From contig BLSG01000114.1 of NCBI GenBank assembly GCA_012862495.1, positions 97,750-142,424 of the forward strand: a DNA stretch of 44,675 bases, written 5' to 3'. Every line of letters starts with the position of its first letter. The stretch's first letter is position 1. Shown piece by piece: positions 21,500-32,423 of this stretch. The notes below the pieces were generated by a model. That model was not told the DNA's origin and did no database searches. It saw nothing but the letters and a program-made list of their open reading frames with translations. The translations under genes were made by a program, and so were the position numbers. The stretch comes from Thraustochytrium aureum. Lineage: Eukaryota.

Positions 21500-24400
21500 T
21501 TACGGAGCGCTTTTGGCAACAAAGTACGAATTGATCGAGCCGTTCTTCTTGGCCTTCTTCGAGGCGCTCGAGCCCGCGCCGGCCCCTGCCGGAGGGCGTT
21601 TCCTTCCCCCACTCTGCTTGCTCTCCTTGTTGCTCTCCTTGTTGCTCTCCTTGGTGCTAGCCTTGGTGCTCTCCTTGGTGCTCTCCTTGGTGCTGGCCTT
21701 GGGTTTCCTCTTGTCAGCAGCTTTGGCCTTGGGCTTGGCGCCGGCCGAGGCGGACTGGGCCGGTTGGTTCTCGCGGCTGTCGCTCTCCTCACCAGGGTTG
21801 ACGAAAAAGTGGCCCTGGTGGTGGTAGCGCGCCACGATGTCNNNNNNNNNNNNNNNNNNNNNNNNNNNNNNNNNNNNNNNNNNNNNNNNNNNNNNNNNNN
21901 NNNNNNNNNNNNNNNNNNNNNNNNNNNNNNNNNNNNNNNNNNNNNNNNNNNNNNNNNNNNNNNNNNNNNNNNNNNNNNNNNNNNNNNNNNNNNNNNNNNN
22001 NNNNNNNNNNNNNNNNNNNNNNNNNNNNNNNCGCTGACCTCGGCGTCTGCTTCCTTCGCTTCGTCTGACCTCGGTTCGAGATCTCCGGAGCCGTCCTCAT
22101 CCATCGCGGCGTCTGCGGTTGTGCCGTCCCCACCATCCTCCCCTCCCTTGCCAGTCTTGCCGACAAGCACAGGGTCCTCGGGTGCGCACACCCTGTGGAA
22201 GATGAGCGTGTCGTCCGCGCGGATGTCCTCGTGCGCGCTCCCACCGCCGACGCCGTGGATCGCCCCTCCCTTGAGTAGGTCGAGATCAAAGTCCACGGTC
22301 CACCAGGACGGCATCGCGGTCTTCTTCTTGGTGTCCATCGCCTTGCGGTTTCGTGCGATCACCCTCCGCAGGTCGTCCTCCTCAAAGCACAAAACCTTGA
22401 GGCGCAGGTCGCGCATCATGTTGATCCGCTCCATGAGCTTCTTCGCGGACGTGCTTGTCGTGAGCGCAATCGCGGTGCGCTCCGGTGCCACCATGTTGGG
22501 GTCGAGCCGCATTTGGAGAACGTCCTGGACGAAGAGCCGCAAAAAGGGGGCCAGCAACTCGGGCGTCTTCTTCACCAGGCCGTTCTTCGCCAAAAAGTCG
22601 TGGTGGGTCACGAAATAGCGCGGGTTGTGCCCTGGTGCGACCAAGCAGGGCATACCATACCGAAGCAGGCCGCGATACACCAGCTTCACCTCGGCGCGTG
22701 AAAACTCCTCCACGACAGCGAACTGCCGCTTCTTCTTCGGTTGGGCGCTCTTCTTGTCGGCTCGCTGGGCGGCCTTCTCGCGCGCACGCATGAGGGACAT
22801 TTCCTTGAGCGCGTCCTTGCGGGCTTTGCTCTTGAACCAGTCCACCACTCGCTTGGCTCGCAAGCCGAGCTTGTGGTTGCTGGGCCAGATGACGTCGTAG
22901 TCGATCTTTCGTCCGAAGGCGTCTGTCTCCGGGCGTGCTTCAGCTGGGGCCGCGCCGCCCTGTTCCGCCTCCACTTTGACCGGGGCTGGGTCGGCTCCTG
23001 GGGCGATCGCCTCGGGGTCCTCCTTCTTCACGGCCACCTCCGAAGAGGACTCGTTGGGGCTGTTTTGAGAAGGCGCGGCCGGCTCGATCTTGGCGGTCCG
23101 CTCCTCAACGCCCTCCATTGGTTGGGGCCCAGCGCCGGTTTCGGCCTCGCGCGGAGCAGGGTCCGAGGATTCATCGCCTCTTGCGACCGCCTCGGCGGCC
23201 TCCGCGCGCGCGGCTTCGACGGCGCCTTCCTCCCTCGCTTTCCTTCGGCGCTTGGCCGCCGGCCGGCTCCGCCTTGACCTCGCTCGCCGCGCTGGCTTTC
23301 TCGTCTGGCGCGGGCGACGAGGAGCTCGCTGGCCTGGTCGGCTCAAACCGCGACTTGGGCGCTTCGTGCTCCTCGAAAGGCGGCCGTCTCGTGAAGTAAA
23401 GGTCTTCGTCGTCGTAAATCAGGCCGAACGTATTGCCGGACTTGCGCGGGTCCCAGCCATGCTTGTACAAGCCCGCGACGAGTGTGAGGTCGTCGGCAGG
23501 TTTCCACCAGGGCTCTGGGGGCGCCCCCGGAACGTCAGGGAATTCGTTCAAAAGTAGCTTGCCCGTCTCGCTGTCCGTGAACTGTTTCATGATGTTCTGG
23601 ATGTTCTGGTGCTTGTCGAGCATGCGAATGTTCTTGGCAGCCTGCGTTTTGACTCGCGTGGCTATCTCCTCGCGGAAGGCGTGGCCGCGCTTTTCCCGTC
23701 GACGCTTTTCCCGTTCGTCCCCTTCCAAGTCCGAGTCGTCCGAGTCGGTGTCAACGAGTTCTCTTTCCTCCCGCTCAGCGATTTCGCGCGTGCGGTACCG
23801 CGTCACGAGGACGTCTGGCACGGTGAACGCCTTGCCCGCACGCAGGTCCGGCACGACGCTTCCGCGGAAAACCTCGCCCTCGCTCTTGGTGCCAACCTCG
23901 GCCTCGATGCGGTCGGCGGCTTCGGCGGGCGTCAGGTTGACCAGAATAAAGTCGTTCATCTTGGCCCGAAGCGGCTGGGGAGGCGTTGCCACCGAGTTGT
24001 TGTCGTCCTCGTTTTGCGAGTCGTCCTTGCCGCCGGCAGACCCGTCGCTGTCGCTCCCTTCTGACTCGGCCTTGGCGCCGGCCTTTTTGGTGCCTTGCAT
24101 GAGGGCTGCATAGACGGCATACCCTCTGATGGCCTCCTCGACCTGCTCGGGGGTGAACCGGCCGGGGAAGCTCTTGTCGATAACTCTGTACGACTCGGCC
24201 CATCGCCCGTAGCCGAACATGGCGAGGACGACCTGGAGGACCAGGTAGTGCTTGCGCATCCACAGCTTGCGCCCATCCGGGCTCTCGTCCTTGGGGCGCG
24301 AACCCGCGGGCGCGTCGTCGTCCGGGTCCTCGTCGCTGTCGTCGTCGGGGCCGAGCTCGCCCTCAATGTCGGCAAACGCAGCAAAGCCGCCGTTGCGGTA

Positions 24401-27400
24401 GTCCACGGGCTTCTTCTTGGCGCGGCGCGTGAGCGGCAACTCGTCCTCCGGAACAGGAACCTTGAGGCCGACCACCTTGGTCCAAAACTCGGGGTCGTCC
24501 ACGTCGAGCGAGGTGTCGTTGTCTGCCCCCACAAAGGTGGCCTTGGAGAGCTGGTTGTCCTCCTTGGAACCCGTGTTCATCACCTTTGCGCGGCTAGAAA
24601 GGATCTCGTTGATGTCGGCGTTTACGAACCGGCGCGCCTCCGCGTCGTCCGCGTCGTCTTCCGTGAGCGCGTAGGCGCCATACTTGAGGAGGCGCTCCGT
24701 CTCCTTGTCTTGTTCAATCTTGGAGCGCCTGTCGCGCGTGCTGTCGGCGGCGCCCGTAGAGTCGGAGGTCAGGCCCGACATGACGGCTTTGTCGAGACCG
24801 AGCTTCATCGAAGCCTTTTGGAACATGGTCTGCTCGTACGTCTTGCGCGTGATGAGACGGTACACCATGACCTTCTTGGTCTGACCGATGCGATGGCAGC
24901 GCGCCAGAGCCTGGACGTCGTTTTGCGGGTTCCAGTCGCCGTCGTACATGATGACAGTGTCGGCGGCGGTCAGGTTGATGCCTTGTCCGCACCCGCGCGT
25001 GCTGAGGAGGAAGGCAAAGGACTGCGACGTTTTCGAAGAGAAGCGGTCGATAGCAAACTGGCGGTCAACGCCGCGCACGCTCCCGTCGATGCGCTCGTAC
25101 GCGTAGCTCCGGAAGAGAAGGTAGTCCTCGAGAATGTCGAGCACGCGCGTCATTTGCGAGAAGATGAGGACGCGGTGGCCCTCGCTCTTCAGTTTCGGGA
25201 GCAGCTTGTCCAGAAGGATGAGCTTGCCGCTCGACTCGACCAGCTTGTTGAAGACGTGCTCGCGCTTTTGCTCGACCGTGGCCTTGGGGGGGAAGGGGTC
25301 GTCGGCCAGGATCTTGGACTCCACCCCGTCGATGAGGTACGGGTGGCAGCAGCACTTGCGGAGCTCCATGGCCACGTTGTTGAGCGACACCCGGGCCCCC
25401 TTCTGCACGCCTGCCAGCAGGTACTCTGTGTTTTTCTCGTAGATGGCGCGGTAGAAGCGCTTCTGCAAGATGGTGAGCTCCACCTCGATGAGCGTGTCCT
25501 CGCGGTCTGGCAGCGGCTCGACCTCCGCCTTGATCCGCCGCAGCATGTAGGGCCGCAGCCGGTCGTGAAACTTGTCCATCTCGTCGGCGGTCGTCATCCC
25601 AGCGTACTTGGCTTTGAACTGGTCCAGCGAAGAAAAGTCTTTCGGGGCGATAAAGTTGAGGAGGGTCCACAGTTCAGGCAGCGAGTTTTGGATCGGCGTC
25701 CCCGTGAGCAGCATCGTCGCGGAAAACTTGAACTGCTCGCGGAGGCAAGCGGTGAGCCGCGAGTCGCGGTTCTTCAGGCGGTGAGCCTCGTCGACGACCA
25801 GGAGCGACCACTTGAACTTTTTCAGCTGATGGGCGTCGCTGAGAATTGTCTCAAAGTTGGTCACCAGTGCGTCAAACTTTGGCATCCCCTTGGGCGCGCG
25901 AGTCTTGCCGTCCTCCCAGTAAAACTCTTTGATGCGCATCAGCGCGCGCCCGTCTGCCGAGCCGTGGTAAGTGAGGCAGTTGAAGTCGGTCCAGGCTTCG
26001 AACTCGCGCTGCCAGTGCGGCAGCGTGGCGAGCGGTGCCACGATCAGGAAGGGGCCCGACACGCCCTGCGCGTGTCGGAGCCTGTGGATATATGTTACGG
26101 TCTGGCACGTCTTGCCAAGGCCCATCTCGTCGGCGAGGATCGAGCCGCGCCCGTGCGAGAAGTTGAACGTGAGCCACTCGACGGCCTCGACTTGGTACGA
26201 GCGCAGCTTGCGCGAGTTTTGGAACTCGCGNNNNNNNNNNNNNNNNNNNNNNNNNNNNNNNNNNNNNNNNNNNNNNNNNNNNNNNNNNNNNNNNNNNNNN
26301 NNNNNNNNNNNNNNNNNNNNNNNNNNNNNNNNNNNNNNNNNNNNNNNNNNNNNNNNNNNNNNNNNNNNNNNNNNNNNNNNNNNNNNNNNNNNNNNNCTCC
26401 CAGGTCGCGTCCTCGTAGCCTTGGGACTTCCACTTGATCAGGTACTCCCACTTGACTACTTCATTGGTTTGCGCTCCATCTGCGCTGCCACCCGCTTTTG
26501 CGGCGCCGCTCTGGTCGCCCTCCTCCTCCTCCTCGTCCTCGTCCTCTTCTTCTTCCTCCTCCTCGTCTTCCTCGTCCTCCTCCTCGTCCTCATCGTTTGC
26601 CGGCTTTGCAGGCGCGGCTGTGCTGGACTTGGCCGTCGAGCCTTTGACAGGAGACTTGGCTGCCCCCTTTGCCGGGGCATTGCTGCCGAGAGAAGCCTTG
26701 CCCTTGTCCTTGCCTTTGCCTTTTTCTTTCTTGCTCGACGACGCGGACGGCTCGGGCACCTCCTCCACAAAGGTGTTGTAGTCGACGACGCGATCGATCT
26801 TTTGCAGGTCTGAGAGCTCCTCCTCCTCCATCATGGCAAAACTCTGTTCAAGCTTGCGCACGTGGCGGTCTACGAGCCGCCTATCCCCGAGGTAGGCCTT
26901 GAGCCCCTTTGAAGTCTCCCACGAGACGTGCATGTATGCCTCTTTGACCCATTTTACCAGGTAGCGCGTCTCCTCCTTCTTGAGCTTTTTCGGCTGCATG
27001 CGCATCTTCTTCTCCTTGCGGTGCGCGCGGCGCACCTTCTTGCGCTCCTCTTCGTCTGCGGCGGCAGCGACCTTGGCCTCCAGCTCGGCGTCCTCGGCGA
27101 GCTCCTCGGCCCGCAGGATCTCGTTGCGCCGCCCGTCCTTCACCTTGCTGGTATTCATCGCCTTGCAAAACTCCAACCACTCGCCTTTGCTCTTGCGGGC
27201 GTGAGCGAGCAGCTTTTCGATCTTGAGCCCGGCCGCCTCTGGCGTGTCCACGACGTCGTACTCGGGTACGTTGTCCTCAAAGATGTCGTCCTCTTCCTCG
27301 TCGTCGTCCTCTTCCGCGCCGTTGGCCCCCGTAGCCTTCGTCCTCGTCTTCTGCGGCACTCCGCTTGCTCGCGCGCCGCGACGAAGAACCAGCATTCGCG

Positions 27401-27821
27401 TCGCCCTTGTTGGGCTTTTTCTTGGACCGCTTCTTGCGCGTCGCGCCTGGGCCCTCCTCTTCGCTATCCTCCAACACGACGTCGTCTTCCGTTGGCACCA
27501 CATAGCTCACCGGCTTTTTCCGTCGAGAGGAGCGCGCGGGCGGCCAGTCACCAGCGAAAGCAGCAGCTGATTCCGCTGCTGCAACGGCGGTGCTGTTGGC
27601 AACTACGGGGGTCGCTGGGTCGCGGCCCCGTTTGCGCCCTTTGGCCCCGCCTTCCTCCTCATCTTCGGCGGCGTCCTCTTCCTCGTAGTCCTCCTCATCG
27701 TCGTCGTCGTCGTCGTCTCCTTTCCGCTTCGACTTTGGCTTGAGCGCGGCCAGGTCCTCCTCGCTCTCCTCCTCTTCCTCCTCTTCCTCTTCTTCTTCCT
27801 CCTCTTCCTCCTCCTCCTCCT
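21500..27821 (-). CDS. Chromodomain-helicase DNA-binding protein, CHD6-9/Kismet-like (5' end in gap; frameshifts near 27328 and 23232; two internal gaps)
   Basis: Two chromodomains (RYLVKWVKEAYMHVSWE; EYLIKWKSQGYEDATWE). SNF2 ATPase motifs ILADEMGLGKT, DEAHRLKN, LTGTPIQN, MELRKCCCHPYL, HRVLIFSQM and QALARCHRIGQ. Two WW...D..L..G...HG SANT/SLIDE-like modules as in CHD7. Stop TAA at 21500-21502. Confidence 0.92.
21618..21700 (-). repeat. 12-bp coding tandem repeat (STKE/SNKE) in the CHD tail
   Basis: Units tgctctccttg(g/t), about 7 imperfect copies. Confidence 0.85.
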
Positions 27822-28287
27822 NNNNNNNNNNNNNNNNNNNNNNNNNNNNNNNNNNNNNNNNNNNNNNNNNNNNNNNNNNNNNNNNNNNNNNNNNNNNNNN
27901 NNNNNNNNNNNNNNNNNNNNNNNNNNNNNNNNNNNNNNNNNNNNNNNNNNNNNNNNNNNNNNNNNNNNNNNNNNNNNNNNNNNNNNNNNNNNNNNNNNNN
28001 NNNNNNNNNNNNNNNNNNNNNNNNNNNNNNNNNNNNNNNNNNNNNNNNNNNNNNNNNNNNNNNNNNNNNNNNNNNNNNNNNNNNNNNNNNNNNNNNNNNN
28101 NNNNNNNNNNNNNNNNNNNNNNNNNNNNNNNNNNNNNNNNNNNNNNNNNNNNNNNNNNNNNNNNNNNNNNNNNNNNNNNNNNNNNNNNNNNNNNNNNNNN
28201 NNNNNNNNNNNNNNNNNNNNNNNNNNNNNNNNNNNNNNNNNNNNNNNNNNNNNNNNNNNNNNNNNNNNNNNNNNNNNNNNNNNNNGT

Positions 28288-29520
28288 GAGCCCGGCTCGT
28301 GCGGGCCGCAAGAGCAGCTCCCGCTCCGGGCCCTTCGAGACGGCACACTGAGTGTCCCCGGGCTGTACAACCTCGGCAACACGTGCTTCATAAATGCGCT
28401 ACTGCAGGCGATGGCGAGCTGCGACGCCGCGCTGCGGTACATTTGCGTCGACGCGTTCCGCCGCGACTCGTTCACGACGATTAGCGGTTCCGATCCGCTC
28501 GCGCGCGAGGTGTCCAACGCGCTCGCCCAACTTCGCGTGGAGCGCAGGCCAGAGCGGCCGGCCGCCGTGAGCATCCGCGATCTGCAGCGGCTGATCAGTG
28601 GCGGGTTGCCCGGCCTTTCCTTTCGAGGCGGGGACCAGCACGACTCGGACGAACTCTTTTACGTGTTGCTTGAAGCCATTGACAAACAGGTCCTGGAGGC
28701 GGCCAAAGTGCGGAGCAGAGACGCGGTCGTCGACGTGCTCCGCGGAAGCGCAGCGCGCGAGTCGTCGCAGGGCGCCGTTGGGCGGCTGCCGCTGCAACGA
28801 GCCCTCGCCGTTCCCCCGAACCCTTTCCAGGGTACGCTGATGAGTCAGATGGCCTGCTCGGCCTGCGGCACTGTCTCGGCGCTCCAAGGCGCGCCGTTCC
28901 GCACTCTGATGCTCCCCCTGGTGGTCGAAGAAACAGGCCGGCTCCTCGCCTCGCTCGAGACTGCGCTCGCGCGATTTGTTCGGCAAGAGACCGTGTCCGG
29001 GGTCGTGTGCAACGGCCTCTGCCGCGGCGGCGGCGCAGCATGTTCAGGCGCTGCAGCTTGGGCAAGCTTCCGCCTGTACTCCTCGTCCACTTGGGTCGGC
29101 GCCACTTTGACCTGCGCAGCGGGCGAATGGTGAAGCTTGCACACCATGTCTCCTTCCCGTCACGCCTCGATCTTGCTTTGTTCCAGTTTTACAGGAACGG
29201 GTGGGGCCAGCCTCGAAGATGAGCTCCTCTCCAACTTTGACAGCGTGTTGCACTCTGTGCGCCGCAGCCGAGGGACCAATTTGGTGTGCGAGGACAGCGC
29301 GGCGGCCGACAGGCCCGGTTACAGCCTGGCTGCCGTGGTGGTGCATCATGGGGGGGCCCATGGAGGCCACTTTACGGCTTTTCGCCGCCTTGAGGGCCGT
29401 GTCTGGGTGCACGCCAACGACGCGAGTGTGGCGCGCGTGAGCGAGCAGACTGTATTTGCCAGCATTGCCTACATGCTCTTTTATGAGCGCGTAGGTGTCG
29501 CTCGCACCGCGTTCGACTAG
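28288..29520 (+). CDS. Ubiquitin-specific protease (peptidase C19), 5' end in gap, frameshifts near 29034 and 29188
   Basis: Cys box GLYNLGNTCFINALLQAMAS and QHDSDELF. LGKLPPVLLVHLGR...HVSFPSRLDL lies in a second frame. His box YSLAAVVVHHGGAHGGHFTAFRR...WVHANDA...AYMLFYER. Confidence 0.9.
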
Positions 29521-30030
29521 CGCAACTGTCTCTCGCGCAGCCCGAGCGCTAGTCCCTGGTGCGTATTTGGTGTACTCGATGTGGTTGGGGTGTTGCTGCG
29601 CTATTCTAAAGGCGACGGGAGGCGCGACCTCAAAAAGATGAACGACACGGCGCTGCCGACCATTTTTCTAGGCCAGCCAGCACCAACAGAGACGTCTGGC
29701 TGCGCCGCGGAGGCGGCTCGCTGGAGAGGATCCAGGCCGGCCCCGTGAGAACCAGTTCAGAAGCCAAATGTGGATCAGCGGTACCCACCCAGATGACACA
29801 AAACTTGACGGATGAGACGTCCGTGACAAGCTTGCTGATGAAATCACCTGCGGATCAAAGTAGTTTTCGATCTTGACAGGGAGAGGAGGCAGGCTGGGAC
29901 ATGCAGCCATGGGCAGCTAGCTAGCTGGTCAAGGGTTCTTTCCGCTGGCGCAGCAGCTGAGCAAGAAGCGAAACAGACCGCATTTCGAGTGCCTACGTTC
30001 ACCGTTCATTCATCGCCCATTAAACCCTAC

Positions 30031-30690
30031 TTACTCCTCTTGCTCCGCCTCCTCGGGCGGACTAGGGTCTTCCGTAACGTCCGCCTGCTCCTTCAGCCCA
30101 GACGCGTCAAACTCCTTCTGGATCGCAGGCGGCATCGGCGGCGTGTACTCCTCCGAGGCAGCCGCGCAGCCGTAGCCAACGTAGATGTTGGCCCATGAAC
30201 GCGTAGACGGGCAGGCAACAGCAAACGCGCCTGGGAAGCGCTGCGAGCGAAGAATGACCTTGGCACCCTTGCCGTCCGGGAGAGTCTCAGGGTACCGGCG
30301 AACGGCCCACCCTTCCGGGTCGACCTCGCGCAGGAACTGCGTTTCCCAGCCCTCCGGCTTGGAGACCTCGTTGCCCTCCTCGTCTTCGCTCACGAGCGGC
30401 GTGACACGACCCAGCGAGCTGAACGCCTGGCCGTATGTCTCCCAGGCGGTCGGGTCGGCCAGGTCGGCGGCCGGGGGCATGCTGTACTCCTCGTCGACGT
30501 CGACCGAGTCACCCTCCTCGCTGACGACAAAGTAGCCCTTGGGCGCCACGGCGCAGTCCGCGTTGACCAAGGCGATCAGGGTGCGGACAAAGTCGCGTTC
30601 CGTGCCGGGGAACGCTGGATAGCCGAGCACGGAGGCGTCGAGGTTGCCAGTGAGGAAGCGGCGGATCTGGCGGGCGCAGCGGATCCCTTC
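30031..30690 (-). CDS. Radial spoke head protein RSP4/RSP6 (RSPH4A/6A-like), C-terminal part; 5' in gap
   Basis: ARQIRRFLTGNLDASVLGYPAFPGTE...APKGYF...ILRSQRFPGAFAV...ANIYVGYG...YTPPMPPAIQKEF matches the conserved RSP4/6 C-terminal motifs. Confidence 0.88.
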   Translation of the reverse strand, partial: EGIRCARQIRRFLTGNLDASVLGYPAFPGTERDFVRTLIALVNADCAVAPKGYFVVSEEGDSVDVDEEYSMPPAADLADPTAWETYGQAFSSLGRVTPLVSEDEEGNEVSKPEGWETQFLREVDPEGWAVRRYPETLPDGKGAKVILRSQRFPGAFAVACPSTRSWANIYVGYGCAAASEEYTPPMPPAIQKEFDASGLKEQADVTEDPSPPEEAEQEE

Positions 30691-31920
30691 NNNNNNNNNN
30701 NNNNNNNNNNNNNNNNNNNNNNNNNNNNNNNNNNNNNNNNNNNNNNNNNNNNNNNNNNNNNNNNNNNNNNNNNNNNNNNNNNNNNNNNNNNNNNNNNNNN
30801 NNNNNNNNNNNNNNNNNNNNNNNNNNNNNNNNNNNNNNNNNNNNNNNNNNNNNNNNNNNNNNNNNNNNNNNNNNNNNNNNNNNNNNNNNNNNNNNNNNNN
30901 NNNNNNNNNNNNNNNNNNNNNNNNNNNNNNNNNNNNNNNNNNNNNNNNNNNNNNNNNNNNNNNNNNNNNNNNNNNNNNNNNNNNNNNNNNNNNNNNNNNN
31001 NNNNNNNNNNNNNNNNNNNNNNNNNNNNNNNNNNNNNNNNNNNNNNNNNNNNNNNNNNNNNNNNNNNNNNNNNNNNNNNNNNNNNNNNNNNNNNNNNNNN
31101 NNNNNNNNNNNNNNNNNNNNNNNNNNNNNNNNNNNNNNNNNNNNNNNNNNNNNNNNNNNNNNNNNNNNNNNNNNNNNNNNNNNNNNNNNNNNNNNNNNNN
31201 NNNNNNNNNNNNNNNNNNNNNNNNNNNNNNNNNNNNNNNNNNNNNNNNNNNNNNNNNNNNNNNNNNNNNNNNNNNNNNNNNNNNNNNNNNNNNNNNNNNN
31301 NNNNNNNNNNNNNNNNNNNNNNNNNNNNNNNNNNNNNNNNNNNNNNNNNNNNNNNNNNNNNNNNNNNNNNNNNNNNNNNNNNNNNNNNNNNNNNNNNNNN
31401 NNNNNNNNNNNNNNNNNNNNNNNNNNNNNNNNNNNNNNNNNNNNNNNNNNNNNNNNNNNNNNNNNNNNNNNNNNNNNNNNNNNNNNNNNNNNNNNNNNNN
31501 NNNNNNNNNNNNNNNNNNNNNNNNNNNNNNNNNNNNNNNNNNNNNNNNNNNNNNNNNNNNNNNNNNNNNNNNNNNNNNNNNNNNNNNNNNNNNNNNNNNN
31601 NNNNNNNNNNNNNNNNNNNNNTGCCGCCGCCGCCGCCGCTGCTGCTGCTGCTGCGCGCCTGGCTGGTCTGCGTGCCTTCCTGCCCGTCAGCGTCTCAGGT
31701 CTGCCGGCTCTCAGCAGCTCGCTCTCCACCGTCTGCCCCGCTCTGTCTCTGTCTCTCTCTCTCCCCCTCTATCACGTCCTTCAAACAGAGAAAAGCCAGG
31801 CAGCGAAAAAAACCAAAAACAAAACCAAAAAAACCAAAAAAAACACGGTCCACGAGGAGCATCGCCGCCGAGCGCCTGCCTGCGCCTGCCTCTGCGGGCG
31901 AGAGCGCGAGCTAGCGACCA

Positions 31921-31956
<36 letters not shown>

Positions 31957-32423
31957 TCGCCTCCCTCTCTCCCTCCCTCCCTCGCAGGGCGGGCAGAGAA
32001 GAGGCGCAGAAGGCGCCTGGCGCCCAACCGACACTTGCCGCCAACGGTCAAGAGAAATAGCGGGCTCCCCTCTCGCACAGCGGGGCGCGCTCTCCGCCTC
32101 CGCTCCGAACGGAAGGAACAGCAAGGAACACGGCGCGCTGGCAGGCCATTACTGCTGGAGAGGGCAACCCCTCTATTTTTAATTAATCGGTAGAGTAACA
32201 TGAGGTGGTACGAATAGAGGGAAGGAGATCCGTTGGGGATTGGGCGCGGAGGAGAGGAGCGGCGCGGCGGGGAGAGAGCGAGCGGCGGGGAGGGCGCTGC
32301 AGGAACGCGCGGCAGAGCTGAAGGGCAGGCGAGCACGGAGCCTGGACGCAAGGGCTTGCACGCACGTACGCTCGCGAGGAAAGCGGTGACCCGGGGCGGC
32401 GCGCGAGAGGCGAGGAGCCAGCC

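Noticed and set aside
24095..26437. Long antisense ORFs (also 8605..10671, 32625..33731, 38883..40310, 40175..41941)
   Set aside because: Shadow ORFs opposite well-supported genes, expected from high GC3 codon bias.
4156..29520. Pseudogene calls for Nudix, CHD and USP
   Set aside because: Catalytic motifs are intact and the only lesions are single-base indels, mostly at short homopolymers, consistent with sequencing error.
29668..29910. 80-aa minus-strand ORF between USP and RSPH
   Set aside because: Lies in convergent 3' UTR space with no motif or codon-bias support.
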